DNA from: an uncultured Acidobacteriota bacterium | Lineage (GTDB): Bacteria > Acidobacteriota > Thermoanaerobaculia > Multivoradales > SZUA-115 | Direction of reading: 5' to 3' | DNA length: 64,000 bases | Assembly (NCBI GenBank): GCA_963805975.1 | Contig: CAWDVR010000002.1 | Coordinates: 512,001 to 576,000, forward strand | Shown: piece by piece, positions 8,941-18,253 of the stretch | How positions within the stretch are numbered: position 1 is the stretch's first letter | Layout: each line of letters begins with the position of its first letter | Notes under the pieces: generated by a model | Seen by the model: the letters and a program-made list of their open reading frames with translations, nothing else | Databases searched by the model: none | Told to the model about the DNA's origin: nothing | Position numbers and translations under genes: made by a program

Positions 8941-9989
8941 CGCCCGCCGCCTTCTTCCACGCCTCCCTCGGCCGGACTGCCGTGCGCTGCCGCCGGCAGC
9001 ACCGCGAGCAGGCGCTCGAGCTCGGCGACCAGCTCGTCGAGGCCGGCGTGGGTGGCGGCGCTCACCTCGCGGTAGGCGAGGCCGCGCTCGGCCACCACCT
9101 GGGCCAGCTCTTCGCGGCGCTCGTCGCGTACCGCATCGAGCTTGCTCCCCACCACGATCCTGGCCCGTTCGAGGAGCTCGGGGTTGAAGGCGGCGAGCTC
9201 TCTCTCGACCACCTCGAGATCCTCCCTGGCGCTTCCCTCCGCCGAGAGGTCCACCAGGTGGACCAACACCCGGCAACGCTCCACGTGGCGCAGGAAGCGG
9301 ATACCGAGCCCGGCACCCTGGGCCGCTCCCGCGATCAGCCCCGGCAGGTCGGCGATCACGAACGGCGAGGACAGCGGGCCGCGGGCCACCACGCCGAGCT
9401 GTGGCACGAGGGTGGTGAACGGGTAGTCGGCGATCTTCGGGCGCGCCGCCGAGACGACGCTGATCAACGTCGACTTGCCGGCGTTCGGCAGGCCCACCAC
9501 GCCGACGTCGGCCAGCAGCTTGAGCTCCAACCGCAGCCGCCGCTCCTCGCCCTCCCGCCCCGGCTCGTGCCGGCGCGGAGCTTGATTGGTCGAGGTGGCG
9601 AAGCGGGCGTTGCCGCGTCCTCCCATACCACCTCGAGCCACCACCAGACGCTGGCCCTCGGCCAGGATCTCGCCCAGCACCTCACCGCTCTCGGTGTCCT
9701 GGACCACCGTACCCAGCGGCGCCCAGACCTCGAGATCCGCGCCGGAGTGGCCGGTGCGGTTCGAGCCCTCGCCGTGACGGCCCCGTTCCGCGTCGTAGAG
9801 CGACTGGAAGCGCAGATGGAACAGGGTGTTGAGACGGCTGTCGCCGATCAGGACCACGGAGCCGCCATGGCCACCGTCGCCGCCCGAAGGACCGCCCCGC
9901 GGCACGTACTTCTCGCGCCGAAAGGCGAGGCAGCCGTTACCGCCGCGTCCGCCCTGGACGTGGATAACGGCTTCGTCGATGAAGTTCAA
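8937..9989 (-). CDS. obgE: GTPase ObgE/CgtA
   Basis: [40 protein letters not shown]. Confidence 0.97.
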   Translation of the reverse strand: MNFIDEAVIHVQGGRGGNGCLAFRREKYVPRGGPSGGDGGHGGSVVLIGDSRLNTLFHLRFQSLYDAERGRHGEGSNRTGHSGADLEVWAPLGTVVQDTESGEVLGEILAEGQRLVVARGGMGGRGNARFATSTNQAPRRHEPGREGEERRLRLELKLLADVGVVGLPNAGKSTLISVVSAARPKIADYPFTTLVPQLGVVARGPLSSPFVIADLPGLIAGAAQGAGLGIRFLRHVERCRVLVHLVDLSAEGSAREDLEVVERELAAFNPELLERARIVVGSKLDAVRDERREELAQVVAERGLAYREVSAATHAGLDELVAELERLLAVLPAAAHGSPAEGGVEEGGGR

Positions 9990-10034
9990 TGGCTGAATTT
10001 CCCCGCTGCGGGGGCGCCCATCGGGGAGACTGGG

Positions 10035-10292
10035 CTACTCGGCAGGATGGACGTGGACGAACCTGCCCTTGCGGCCACGGTCCTGGAACTGGACCTTGCC
10101 GGTGATCTTGGCGAAGAGGGTGTCGTCCTTGCCACGGCCGACGTTGGTGCCGGGGAAGAACTGGGTGCCGCGCTGGCGCACGATGATGCTGCCGCCGGAA
10201 ACCAGCTCGCCGCCGAAACGCTTCACTCCGAGGTACTGCGGGTTCGAGTCGCGGCCGTTCCGGGTCGAACCCTGGCCTTTTTTGTGTGCCAT
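10035..10292 (-). CDS. rpmA: 50S ribosomal protein L27
   Basis: [16 protein letters not shown]...IIVRQRGT. Confidence 0.98.
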   Translation of the reverse strand: MAHKKGQGSTRNGRDSNPQYLGVKRFGGELVSGGSIIVRQRGTQFFPGTNVGRGKDDTLFAKITGKVQFQDRGRKGRFVHVHPAE

Positions 10293-10328
10293 CGTGCTTC
10301 TCCTTGCCGATCCGGGGGTCGATCCGGG

Positions 10329-10643
10329 CTAGCCGGCGATCTCGTCGATGCGGATGCGGTGCAGATCCTGCCGGTGACCGTTGGTGCGGCGATACTGCTT
10401 GCGCCGCTTCTTCTTGAAGACGCGGATCTTGGCGCCGCGGACCTCGGCGACGAGCGTGGCCTTGACCAGCGCGCCGTCGAGGGCAGGGCTCCCGACCTTC
10501 ATGTCGTCGCCGCCGCCGACCATCAGCACACGATCGAACTGGATGGCACCGCCGTCGCCGACGCTGGCGACGCGCTCGACGTCGAGGACCTCACCCGGCT
10601 CGACACGGTACTGTTTGCCGCCGGTCTCGATGATTGCGTACAT
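10329..10643 (-). CDS. rplU: 50S ribosomal protein L21
   Basis: MYAIIETGGKQYRV...KKKRRKQYRRTNGHRQ; start set at ATG 10643. Confidence 0.97.
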   Translation of the reverse strand: MYAIIETGGKQYRVEPGEVLDVERVASVGDGGAIQFDRVLMVGGGDDMKVGSPALDGALVKATLVAEVRGAKIRVFKKKRRKQYRRTNGHRQDLHRIRIDEIAG

Positions 10644-10703
10644 ACCTTGAATGCTCCTGGGGCGATCTCTGGGAAACTGGTGGGCCCGCACGCGGGACGG
10701 GGG

Positions 10704-10733
10704 AAAGTAGCACGAACCTCCGGCAAGGGTCAA
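10704..10733 (-). promoter_or_regulatory. Putative sigma-70 promoter of the rplU operon
   Basis: TTGACC-N18-TACTTT with an extended TG, about 60 nt upstream of rplU. Confidence 0.55.
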
Positions 10734-10797
10734 CCTCCACGGGAGACCGTTCACGGGATACCCCTGGGCCTCGAAAGGGCGTATTCTTGCGAGCGAC

Positions 10798-11028
10798 ATG
10801 TCCGTGCCGGACTACATGGTCTGCCTCAATTGCGAGACTCCCTGCTACGTCTTCGAGTGGAACGACGCCGGCAAGGTGACCGAGGTTCTCTGCCAGGTCT
10901 GTGGCAACGACGAGCTGGACGAGTTCTCCACCCCGGAAGAGTTCGAAGAGCTGACGGCGGACGACCGCTGGGGCCGGCGATCGGTCCAGGACCCCAAGCT
11001 GGGTCCTGTCAGGACGGGCCCTCACTAG
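10798..11028 (+). CDS. Small acidic zinc-ribbon-like protein
   Basis: 76 aa with CLNC...CQVC pairs and an acidic tail; divergent from rplU. Confidence 0.7.
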   Translation: MSVPDYMVCLNCETPCYVFEWNDAGKVTEVLCQVCGNDELDEFSTPEEFEELTADDRWGRRSVQDPKLGPVRTGPH

Positions 11029-11064
11029 CGGAGCCGCCAGAAAGCTACCCAGGAAACCACAGCC

Positions 11065-11949
11065 ATGAGCCACTCATCAGCGCGCCGTTTCGCGACCATC
11101 CTCACCGGCGGTCTCTTCTCGCTGGCGCTCGCCACCCCCGCCGCCGCCGACCGCGTGCTGCTGGTCAACGGTGAGGCGTTCGAGGACGTGCTGGTGGTGG
11201 AGACCGGCACCCAGGTGCGGATCCGGCTCGAGGGCGGCGAGATGCGGCTGGCCAAATCGCAGGTCCGCGAGATCGAGAAAACCAGCTCGCCCTATCCCAC
11301 CTACCTTTCCCGCCGCGCCGAGCTCGAGGCCTCCGCCGAGACCCAAGCCGGCGACTGGCTCGAGCTCGCCCGCTGGGCGCTCGCCCGCGACCTCCGGCAC
11401 AGCGGCCGGCTGGCGGCTCTCGAGGCCGCACGTCTGGACCCTCATACGAGCGGCCTCGAGCCCGTGCTCAAGGGTTTCGGCCTGGTGCTCGACCCCGAGA
11501 CCGAGACCTGGATGCCGCTCGGCCAGCACATGGCCCGCCGCGGCCTGGTGCACCACGACGGCCATTGGATGCGGCGCGAGGAGCGCGACGCCAGCCTCGC
11601 CGCCCGCGCCGCGGAGATCGAGGCGCGCCGCAGGGCCCTGGACGACGAGCGCCGCACGCGAGCCCTGGAGCAGGTGGCCGCGACCTCGGCCCGCCGGCAG
11701 GCCGCGGACACCACCGTGGTGGTGGTGCCGATGATGGCCTCGATCCCCGCCCCGTTTCTCGTCCTGCCCTCGTGGCCGGCGATCCCCGGCCAGCCACCGG
11801 TACCGGGGCCGGAAGTCGTCGTGGGCCCGCCCGCCGGCGGACCCACGCTCGACATCTTCGAGCGCCAGCCCGGCAGCCTGATCCCCGCCACGGGAAACCT
11901 GAACGCTCCGCCGCGAGCGGCAGGCCGCGGTCCCGGCTCCGGGCGCTAG
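11065..11949 (+). CDS. Secreted hypothetical protein
   Basis: Signal peptide ending PAAA|DRVLLVNG, helical middle, Pro-rich C-terminus. Confidence 0.75.
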   Translation: MSHSSARRFATILTGGLFSLALATPAAADRVLLVNGEAFEDVLVVETGTQVRIRLEGGEMRLAKSQVREIEKTSSPYPTYLSRRAELEASAETQAGDWLELARWALARDLRHSGRLAALEAARLDPHTSGLEPVLKGFGLVLDPETETWMPLGQHMARRGLVHHDGHWMRREERDASLAARAAEIEARRRALDDERRTRALEQVAATSARRQAADTTVVVVPMMASIPAPFLVLPSWPAIPGQPPVPGPEVVVGPPAGGPTLDIFERQPGSLIPATGNLNAPPRAAGRGPGSGR

Positions 11950-12049
11950 CAGCCGGTGCCCGGCCGCTCGCGGCCGTTGCCCGCTGCTAGGCATCCCCGC
12001 CCCATCACGAGAGGATAGAGAGCCATGCCGCGCCGAGGACTCGACCGTC

Positions 12050-13252
12050 GTGGTCACCGGGCTGGGGGCCGTCTCCGCGGTAGGCACCGACCGTGAGAGC
12101 TTCTGGCAGGGCCTGGTCGAGGGCCGGAGCGGCATCCGGGCCCTGGCTCTTTTCGATCCTGCCCAGTACCGCACTCAGACCGCGGCCTGGATCGACGAGG
12201 CCGAGCTCGATCTTTCCTTCCTCTCGCCGCGTGACCGGCGCACCACCTCGCGGGCGGACCGCTTCGGCCTGCTCGCCGCCCGTCAGGCGGTCGAGGACAG
12301 CGGGATCGACCTCTCCGAGCTGCCGCCGCAGCGCATTGCCGTGGTGCTCGGCGCCGGGGCCTGCGGACTCTTCGAGGCCGAGAGCTGGTTCGAGCGCCGC
12401 CTGCTCCAGGGGCGGCCGGGGCGGCCGGCCCAGATCATCGCCCACGGCCCGGACCTCTTGACCAACCGCATCGCCTCCTACTTCGGCGCCGGCGGCATCC
12501 GCTCGACCGTCACCACCGCCTGCTCCAGCTCCACGATCTCGGTCGGCCAGGCCGCAGACCTGCTCCGCGCGGGCCTCGCGGACGTGGTGCTGACCGGCGG
12601 CAGCGACTCGCTCGCCCGTCTGACCTACGGCGGGTTCAACGCGCTCCGCGCCGTGGACCCGGAGCCCTGCCGCCCGTTCGACCGGGAGCGCAACGGCCTG
12701 TCGCTCGGCGAAGGCGCCGGCATCCTGGTGCTGGAGCGCGAGGCCGATGCCCGCGCCCGCGGCGCCCACATCTACTGCCGGGTGGCGGGCTACGGAGTGA
12801 CCGCCGACGCCCACCACATGACGGCGCCGGAACCGACCGGCGAGGCGGCGGCCCGCACTTTGCGCGCCGCGCTCGCCAGCGCCCGGGTCGACGCTTCCGC
12901 CGTGGACTACGTCAACGCCCACGGCACCGCCACGACCCACAACGACAGTGCCGAGGCGGCGGGCCTCCACCGGGTGTTCGGCGAGCGGGCGGCACGGCTG
13001 CCGGTGAGCTCGATCAAGTCCATGATCGGCCACTGCCTGTGCTCGGCTGGCGCGCTCGAGGCGGTGGCCACGGCGCTCACCATCGAGCGCGGCGTGCTGC
13101 CTCCCACGCTGCGCTGGCAGAACCCGGACCCGGAGTGCCCGCTCGACGTGGTGCCCAACGAGGCGCGGGCGATGCCGGTCGCGACCGCGATCTCGAGCTC
13201 TTTCGCCTTCGGCGGCAACTCCGCCTGCCTGGTGCTCCAAGCTTGCGCATGA
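12050..13252 (+). CDS. Beta-ketoacyl-ACP synthase (FabF/KS-alpha-like)
   Basis: VVTGLG, TACSS (catalytic Cys), NAHGTAT, KSMIGH, SSSFAFGG; start uncertain (see findings). Confidence 0.93.
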   Translation: MVTGLGAVSAVGTDRESFWQGLVEGRSGIRALALFDPAQYRTQTAAWIDEAELDLSFLSPRDRRTTSRADRFGLLAARQAVEDSGIDLSELPPQRIAVVLGAGACGLFEAESWFERRLLQGRPGRPAQIIAHGPDLLTNRIASYFGAGGIRSTVTTACSSSTISVGQAADLLRAGLADVVLTGGSDSLARLTYGGFNALRAVDPEPCRPFDRERNGLSLGEGAGILVLEREADARARGAHIYCRVAGYGVTADAHHMTAPEPTGEAAARTLRAALASARVDASAVDYVNAHGTATTHNDSAEAAGLHRVFGERAARLPVSSIKSMIGHCLCSAGALEAVATALTIERGVLPPTLRWQNPDPECPLDVVPNEARAMPVATAISSSFAFGGNSACLVLQACA

Positions 13253-13262
13253 GGCGTCCGCC

Positions 13263-14441
13263 ATGAGGCCGCTCGCCATCACCGGCGTGGGCACGATCTC
13301 GCCGCTCGGCGAAGGCCCGGAGGCCCTGCTCGCCGCCCTCGATGCCGGCCGCTCGGGGCTCACCGAGGCGCCGGCGATCGAGCCCGGTGCGACCGCAGGC
13401 TGGGCCGGCCGCATCGCGAGCTTCGATTCGTCTCCCTACATCACGCCGATGAAGGCCCGGCGGTTGGACCGGGGCAGCCTCTTCGCCGTGGCCGCGGCCC
13501 GCCAGGCGATCGCCGTGGCCGGGCTCGCCGCCGATCCGGCGCTCGCGCAGGATCTGGGCGTCCTCGTCGGCACCTCGAGCGCCGGCTCCGGGCCGGTGAC
13601 GAGCTTTCTCGACGCCCTCTTCCGCCAGTCGCCGGAGGCGGCGCCCCCGTTCGAGTTTCCGAACACGGTGATGAACGCGCCGGCGAGCCACGTGTCGATC
13701 CAGCTCGGCCTCCAGGGGCCGAACGTCACCCTGGCCCACGGCGAGGCCGTGATCGCCACGGCGCTGCTCTACGGCGGACTGATGGTCGGGGACGGTCGCT
13801 GCTCGCGCCTGCTCGCCGGCGCGGTCGACGAGTGGAACCCCTACTACCAGGCCGGTTACGAGCAGTTGGGTGCCCTGCGGCACGCGCCGGCCGGCGGCGG
13901 CGGGAGCCTGCTCACCGAAGGTGCCACCCTGCTGCTGCTCGAGGCCCCCGAAGAAGCCGCCCGGCGTGGCGCCCGCGTTCTCGCCCGCGTGCGGAGCGCG
14001 GCCGTGGCCTCCGCCGCCGGCGAGCCCTACCGCTGGGTGGCGGACGCCGCCGTGCTCTCCGACGTGATCTCCGACGCACTGGACAAGGCCGGCCTCGCGG
14101 CCTCGCAGGTCGGCTCTGTGTTCCTGGCGGCGAACGGCGTCGAGGCGATGGAGGAGGCCGAGGCCGAAGCGCTCGCCCAGGTCTTCGCCGGCGAGACGAC
14201 GCTCGTGGCGAGCGGCGTCAAGGGGGCGCTCGGCGAGCGGGCCGTGGCCGGGGCCACGAGCCTGGCGGTGGCGGCCCTCAGCCGGGGGCGGGGCCTGCTG
14301 CCGCCCTTCGCCGGCAGCGCGCTCGCCCGCTGGCCGGCATCGGTCGAGATCGCCAGCTCTCCGACTCCCCTGCCGCCGGGAGCAACGCTCGTGGTGCTCT
14401 GCGGCGTGGGCGGGAACTACGCGGCGGTGGTGCTGGACTGA
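13263..14441 (+). CDS. Chain-length-factor-like (non-catalytic) ketosynthase homolog
   Basis: AITGVGTISPLG, FPNTVMNAPASHVSI.LGLQGPN and KGALGE are present; the catalytic Cys position reads AHGEAV and the catalytic His residues are absent. Confidence 0.85.
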   Translation: MRPLAITGVGTISPLGEGPEALLAALDAGRSGLTEAPAIEPGATAGWAGRIASFDSSPYITPMKARRLDRGSLFAVAAARQAIAVAGLAADPALAQDLGVLVGTSSAGSGPVTSFLDALFRQSPEAAPPFEFPNTVMNAPASHVSIQLGLQGPNVTLAHGEAVIATALLYGGLMVGDGRCSRLLAGAVDEWNPYYQAGYEQLGALRHAPAGGGGSLLTEGATLLLLEAPEEAARRGARVLARVRSAAVASAAGEPYRWVADAAVLSDVISDALDKAGLAASQVGSVFLAANGVEAMEEAEAEALAQVFAGETTLVASGVKGALGERAVAGATSLAVAALSRGRGLLPPFAGSALARWPASVEIASSPTPLPPGATLVVLCGVGGNYAAVVLD

Positions 14442-14833
14442 GTACGGCACCACGGCGCGCAGATCAGCCAGGGTCGACAGCCTGCCGGCGCGGTCGGCGA
14501 CTGGCCCACGAAAGGCACCTGCGGAGACGAGATATAGGCCTGTCCCGTGCATCCGGCACCGGCGAAAAAGGCGACGATCGCCGGGTACGGCAACCCGTGC
14601 AGCACTCCCTCCTCTGAAACCCGCACCGCGAAGAGCCGGCCGTTGCGCTCGAAGGCCAGGACGGCGCTGGTTTCATTGCTCTCATGGAGATTGTGCACCG
14701 CTCCCACGATCGCGCCGGTAGCGTCCTCGAGGACCAGCGTCTGGACGACTCCGACCGTCGGCTGGGCGCGGGCGAGATCGAATGCTGCCAGGCCGAGCAG
14801 AACGGAGAGACCGACCATCGTCCGGGTTCGCAT
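14417..14833 (-). CDS. Secreted hypothetical protein, possibly C-terminally truncated
   Basis: AGGAGG RBS and signal peptide (ARA|QP); the tail overlaps the convergent gene's end. Confidence 0.5.
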   Translation of the reverse strand: MRTRTMVGLSVLLGLAAFDLARAQPTVGVVQTLVLEDATGAIVGAVHNLHESNETSAVLAFERNGRLFAVRVSEEGVLHGLPYPAIVAFFAGAGCTGQAYISSPQVPFVGQSPTAPAGCRPWLICAPWCRTQSSTTAA

Positions 14834-14848
14834 GCATGCCTCCTGGCC

Positions 14849-15385
14849 TTACGGCCTGAACCTGAGTTGCACCCATCGCGCCACTCCTGGGGCATAGACC
14901 GTGGCCACGAAGAGGTTGTCGTAATCGTCGTCACCGATCGCCTCGATGGCGGGCGCGCCGAGGGCTTCGAGGATGGGGCCCAGGGTGTTGCTGTGCCCGG
15001 CGATGACGACCGTGCCACCCGGGTGACCGAGGATGGCCTGCGCCATGGCGGCGGTGTCCTTCGCCGTGACCACGCCCACCGGCACCGCCAGCCGCGCGGC
15101 GAGCGGCGCCAGGGTGAGCTGCGTGCGCCGGGTGTCCGTGGCATAGAGCGCCGTCGCTCCGCTCTTCTCCAGCAGGTCGGCCAGTCGCGCGGCACGGCGT
15201 TGGCCGGCCTCGGAGAGCGGCGGGTCGTCCTTGGGCTCCGCGGCTTTCTCGGCGTGGCGGACGAGGATCGCCGTGATGGGTTGAAAACCTGGCTCCGGGG
15301 CCGGCGCCTGGGCCACCAGGGCGGTCGCGACCAGCCCCAGGCCGGCGGCCAGCGCAGCGGCTCTTCGTCCCCATCTCTTTCTCAT
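14849..15385 (-). CDS. Secreted histidine phosphatase (SixA/phosphoglycerate mutase family)
   Basis: Signal peptide, then ILVRHAEK, LSEAGQRRA, RTQLT, IAGHSNT. Confidence 0.9.
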   Translation of the reverse strand: MRKRWGRRAAALAAGLGLVATALVAQAPAPEPGFQPITAILVRHAEKAAEPKDDPPLSEAGQRRAARLADLLEKSGATALYATDTRRTQLTLAPLAARLAVPVGVVTAKDTAAMAQAILGHPGGTVVIAGHSNTLGPILEALGAPAIEAIGDDDYDNLFVATVYAPGVARWVQLRFRP

Positions 15386-15445
15386 CGTCCCAGTCCTTTC
15401 TGAAGGCTGCTTGCGCCAGAATACCGCGACCTCGAGGAGCGACCG

Positions 15446-17629
15446 ATGACTGAGAAGCCCTGGTTGGCGGCACCGGCCCGGAGCGCCGTGCTGGTCCTGG
15501 CCCTGATCGCCGCACCGCTGGCGGCGGAGCCCCCGTTCACCGTCGACCGGGTGCTGTCGGCCCCATTCCCGGACCAGCTCGTGGCGGCGCCGGCGGGCGG
15601 GGCCGTGGCCTGGGTCGCGAACGACCGCGGCGTGCGCAACGTATGGGTCGCCGAGCCGCCCGCCTACCACGGCCGGCAGCTCACCCACTACGGCTGGGAC
15701 AGCGGCCGGGAGATCGGCGGCCTCCTCTTCACGCGCGACGGCAAGACGCTGGTCTACGAGCGCGATCCCGATCCGGCCGCGGCACCCACCCCCAACCCGC
15801 TGTCGCTCGCTTCCGGCACCGAGCCCGCGATCTGGATCGTGCCCCTCGGCGGCGGCGAGCCGCGGAAGATTGCCGAGGGCTCTTCGGTTCTGATCTCACC
15901 GGCCGGCAAGGAGCTGGTCTTCCTCAAAGACGGCAAGGTCTTCCGCGCGCCGCTCGCCGGCAAAGGCGAGCCGAAGGAGCTCTTCGCGCCGCGGGGCAAC
16001 GTGCGCGACCTCCGCTTCTCGCCGGACGGCGGGCGCCTGGCCTTCACCAGCGGCCGGGACCGCCACAGCTTCGTCGGCGTCTACGACCTGGCGGCGGGGG
16101 CCCTCCACTGGTTCCAGCCGGGCGTGGACGAGGACGTGGCACCGGTATGGTCGCCGGACGGCACGGAAGTGGCCTTCCTACGCTTGGCAGCGGTCGCCGA
16201 GGACATCCCTTTCTTCAACCAGCGCGAGGGTCAACCGTGGTCCATCCGTGTCGCCCACTGGGCCACGGGCGAGGTGCGGGAGGTGTTCCGCGCGGAGCGT
16301 GGCCGGGGCAGCGTGTACCGCGGCATCGCCGTGGCCGACCAGCTCCTGTGGATGGCCGACGGGCGCATCGCCTTCCCGTGGGAGAAGCTGGGCTGGACCC
16401 AGCTCTGGGCCGTGCCGGCGCGCGGTGGAGCCGCCGTACCGCTGACGCCGGGAGAGCACGAGGTCGAGGCGGCGGTGCTCTCCCCCGATCGCTCGACCGT
16501 CTTCTTCACTTCGAACCTCCGGGACGTGGACCGCCGCCACCTGTGGAAGATCGAGGCCGGGAGCACCACGCCGGTTCAGATGACCCACGGCAACGGCATC
16601 GAGTGGTCGCCGGTGCCCACCGGCGACGGCAAGGCGCTCGCCCTCCTGCGCTCGGACGCCCGCCTGCCCGCGCGCCCGGCGATCCTCGCGGGAGGCGAGC
16701 CGCTTCGGGATCTGACGGCCGGTCCGCCCGCGGGCTTCCCGGCCGCAGCGCTGGTCGAGCCACGACAGGTGGTCCTCAGCGCCACGGACGGGCTGCCGAT
16801 CCATGCACAGCTCTTCCTGCCCGCCGATCTCCAGCCCGGCGAGCGGCGGCCAGCGGTGGCCTTCTTCCACGGTGGCTCGCGGCGCCAGATGCTCCTCGGC
16901 TGGCACTACATGCTCTATTACCACCACGCGTACGCCTTCAATCAGCTCCTCGCCAGCCGCGGCTACGTGGTGCTCTCGGTCAACTACCGGAGCGGCATCG
17001 GCTACGGCCTGGAGTTCCGCGAGGCCGAGCGCTACGGCGCCGGCGGCGGCAGCGAGCTGGCGGACGTGCTCGGCGCCGGGCTCTACCTCGCCGGCCGCGC
17101 GGACGTCGATCCGAAACGGATCGGTCTCTGGGGCGGCTCCTACGGCGGCTACCTGACGGCCATGGGTCTCGCCCACGCGTCCCATCTCTTCGCCGCGGGG
17201 GTGGACGTCCACGGCGTACACGACTGGAACGTCGCCATCAAGAACTTCGCGCCCGCCTACGAGCGGCTCGCCAACCCCGACCGCACCCGCCGCGCCTTCG
17301 AGGCCTCGCCCCTCGCGGCCGTCTCCGGCTGGCGCTCGCCCGTGCTCCTGATCCACGGCGACGACGACCGCAACGTCCCCTTCAGCGAGACCGTCGACCT
17401 GGTGGTGGCGCTGCGCAAGCAGGGGGTCGAGACCGAGGAGCTGGTCTTCCCGGACGACCTCCACGACTTCCACCTGCACGCCAACTGGAAGCAGGCGTTC
17501 GAGGCGGCGGCGGGCTTCTTCGAGCGCAAGCTCGGGAGGCCGTGCCTTGAGCAGCGGCTCGGGTTCCGACGTGGTGGTACCATGAAAACGTCATGGCCCT
17601 GGCGATCGAGCGCACATCCTATCGGCTGA
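15446..17629 (+). CDS. Secreted S9 prolyl oligopeptidase / dipeptidyl peptidase with beta-propeller
   Basis: WSPDG repeats, HGG, GGSYGG nucleophile motif, IHGDDDRNV, DDLH. Confidence 0.93.
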   Translation: MTEKPWLAAPARSAVLVLALIAAPLAAEPPFTVDRVLSAPFPDQLVAAPAGGAVAWVANDRGVRNVWVAEPPAYHGRQLTHYGWDSGREIGGLLFTRDGKTLVYERDPDPAAAPTPNPLSLASGTEPAIWIVPLGGGEPRKIAEGSSVLISPAGKELVFLKDGKVFRAPLAGKGEPKELFAPRGNVRDLRFSPDGGRLAFTSGRDRHSFVGVYDLAAGALHWFQPGVDEDVAPVWSPDGTEVAFLRLAAVAEDIPFFNQREGQPWSIRVAHWATGEVREVFRAERGRGSVYRGIAVADQLLWMADGRIAFPWEKLGWTQLWAVPARGGAAVPLTPGEHEVEAAVLSPDRSTVFFTSNLRDVDRRHLWKIEAGSTTPVQMTHGNGIEWSPVPTGDGKALALLRSDARLPARPAILAGGEPLRDLTAGPPAGFPAAALVEPRQVVLSATDGLPIHAQLFLPADLQPGERRPAVAFFHGGSRRQMLLGWHYMLYYHHAYAFNQLLASRGYVVLSVNYRSGIGYGLEFREAERYGAGGGSELADVLGAGLYLAGRADVDPKRIGLWGGSYGGYLTAMGLAHASHLFAAGVDVHGVHDWNVAIKNFAPAYERLANPDRTRRAFEASPLAAVSGWRSPVLLIHGDDDRNVPFSETVDLVVALRKQGVETEELVFPDDLHDFHLHANWKQAFEAAAGFFERKLGRPCLEQRLGFRRGGTMKTSWPWRSSAHPIG

Positions 17630-18162
17630 GCTACGACGACTGGCTCGACCTACCGGAGGATGGGCGCCTCTACGAGATCCTCGACGGAGAGCTCTTCGTG
17701 TCCCCAGCACCCAGCTACCGTCACCAGCGCATCTCGATCAAGCTTCTGGGGTTCTTGATCCCGTTCCTCGCCCGAGAGAACCGTGGCGAGGTCCTCCATG
17801 CTCCCTTGGGCGTCAAGCTCTCGGACTTCGACGTCCCGGAGCCCGATCTTCTCGTCGTCCTCGCTGCCCACCGCTCTCGCATCTCCGAGAATGGGGTTCA
17901 GGGCCCTCCGGACTTGGTGGTGGAGATTCTTTCTCCGGGGACCGCGGGCCTCGACCTGGGGGTCAAGCGCCAGCTCTACGAGCGGTTCGGCGTTCCGGAG
18001 TACTGGATCGTGGACCCGCGGGCCGAACAGGTCGAGGTACTCACGCTCCGGACCGGTCAGTACAGAGCGTTCGGCCTCTTCCAACGCACCGAGGCCCTGC
18101 GCTCGCCACTGCTCTCGGGTCTCGAGATCCCCCTCGCCGAGATCTTCGGCGATTCCTTCTGA
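17593..18162 (+). CDS. Uma2-family (PD-(D/E)XK) endonuclease
   Basis: YEILDGEL..SPAP...HQ, EPDLLVV, PDLVVEILSPGT..D..VKR.LY..FGVPEYWIVDP. Confidence 0.93.
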   Translation: MALAIERTSYRLSYDDWLDLPEDGRLYEILDGELFVSPAPSYRHQRISIKLLGFLIPFLARENRGEVLHAPLGVKLSDFDVPEPDLLVVLAAHRSRISENGVQGPPDLVVEILSPGTAGLDLGVKRQLYERFGVPEYWIVDPRAEQVEVLTLRTGQYRAFGLFQRTEALRSPLLSGLEIPLAEIFGDSF

Positions 18163-18253
18163 GGTTCTTCCCGGTTCCGCCGCGGCCCACCTTGCCGGCC
18201 GGGGCCGGGCCGGGTAGATTCGCCGGCGTTCCCAAGCCCGCGGAGGGTGGCCG

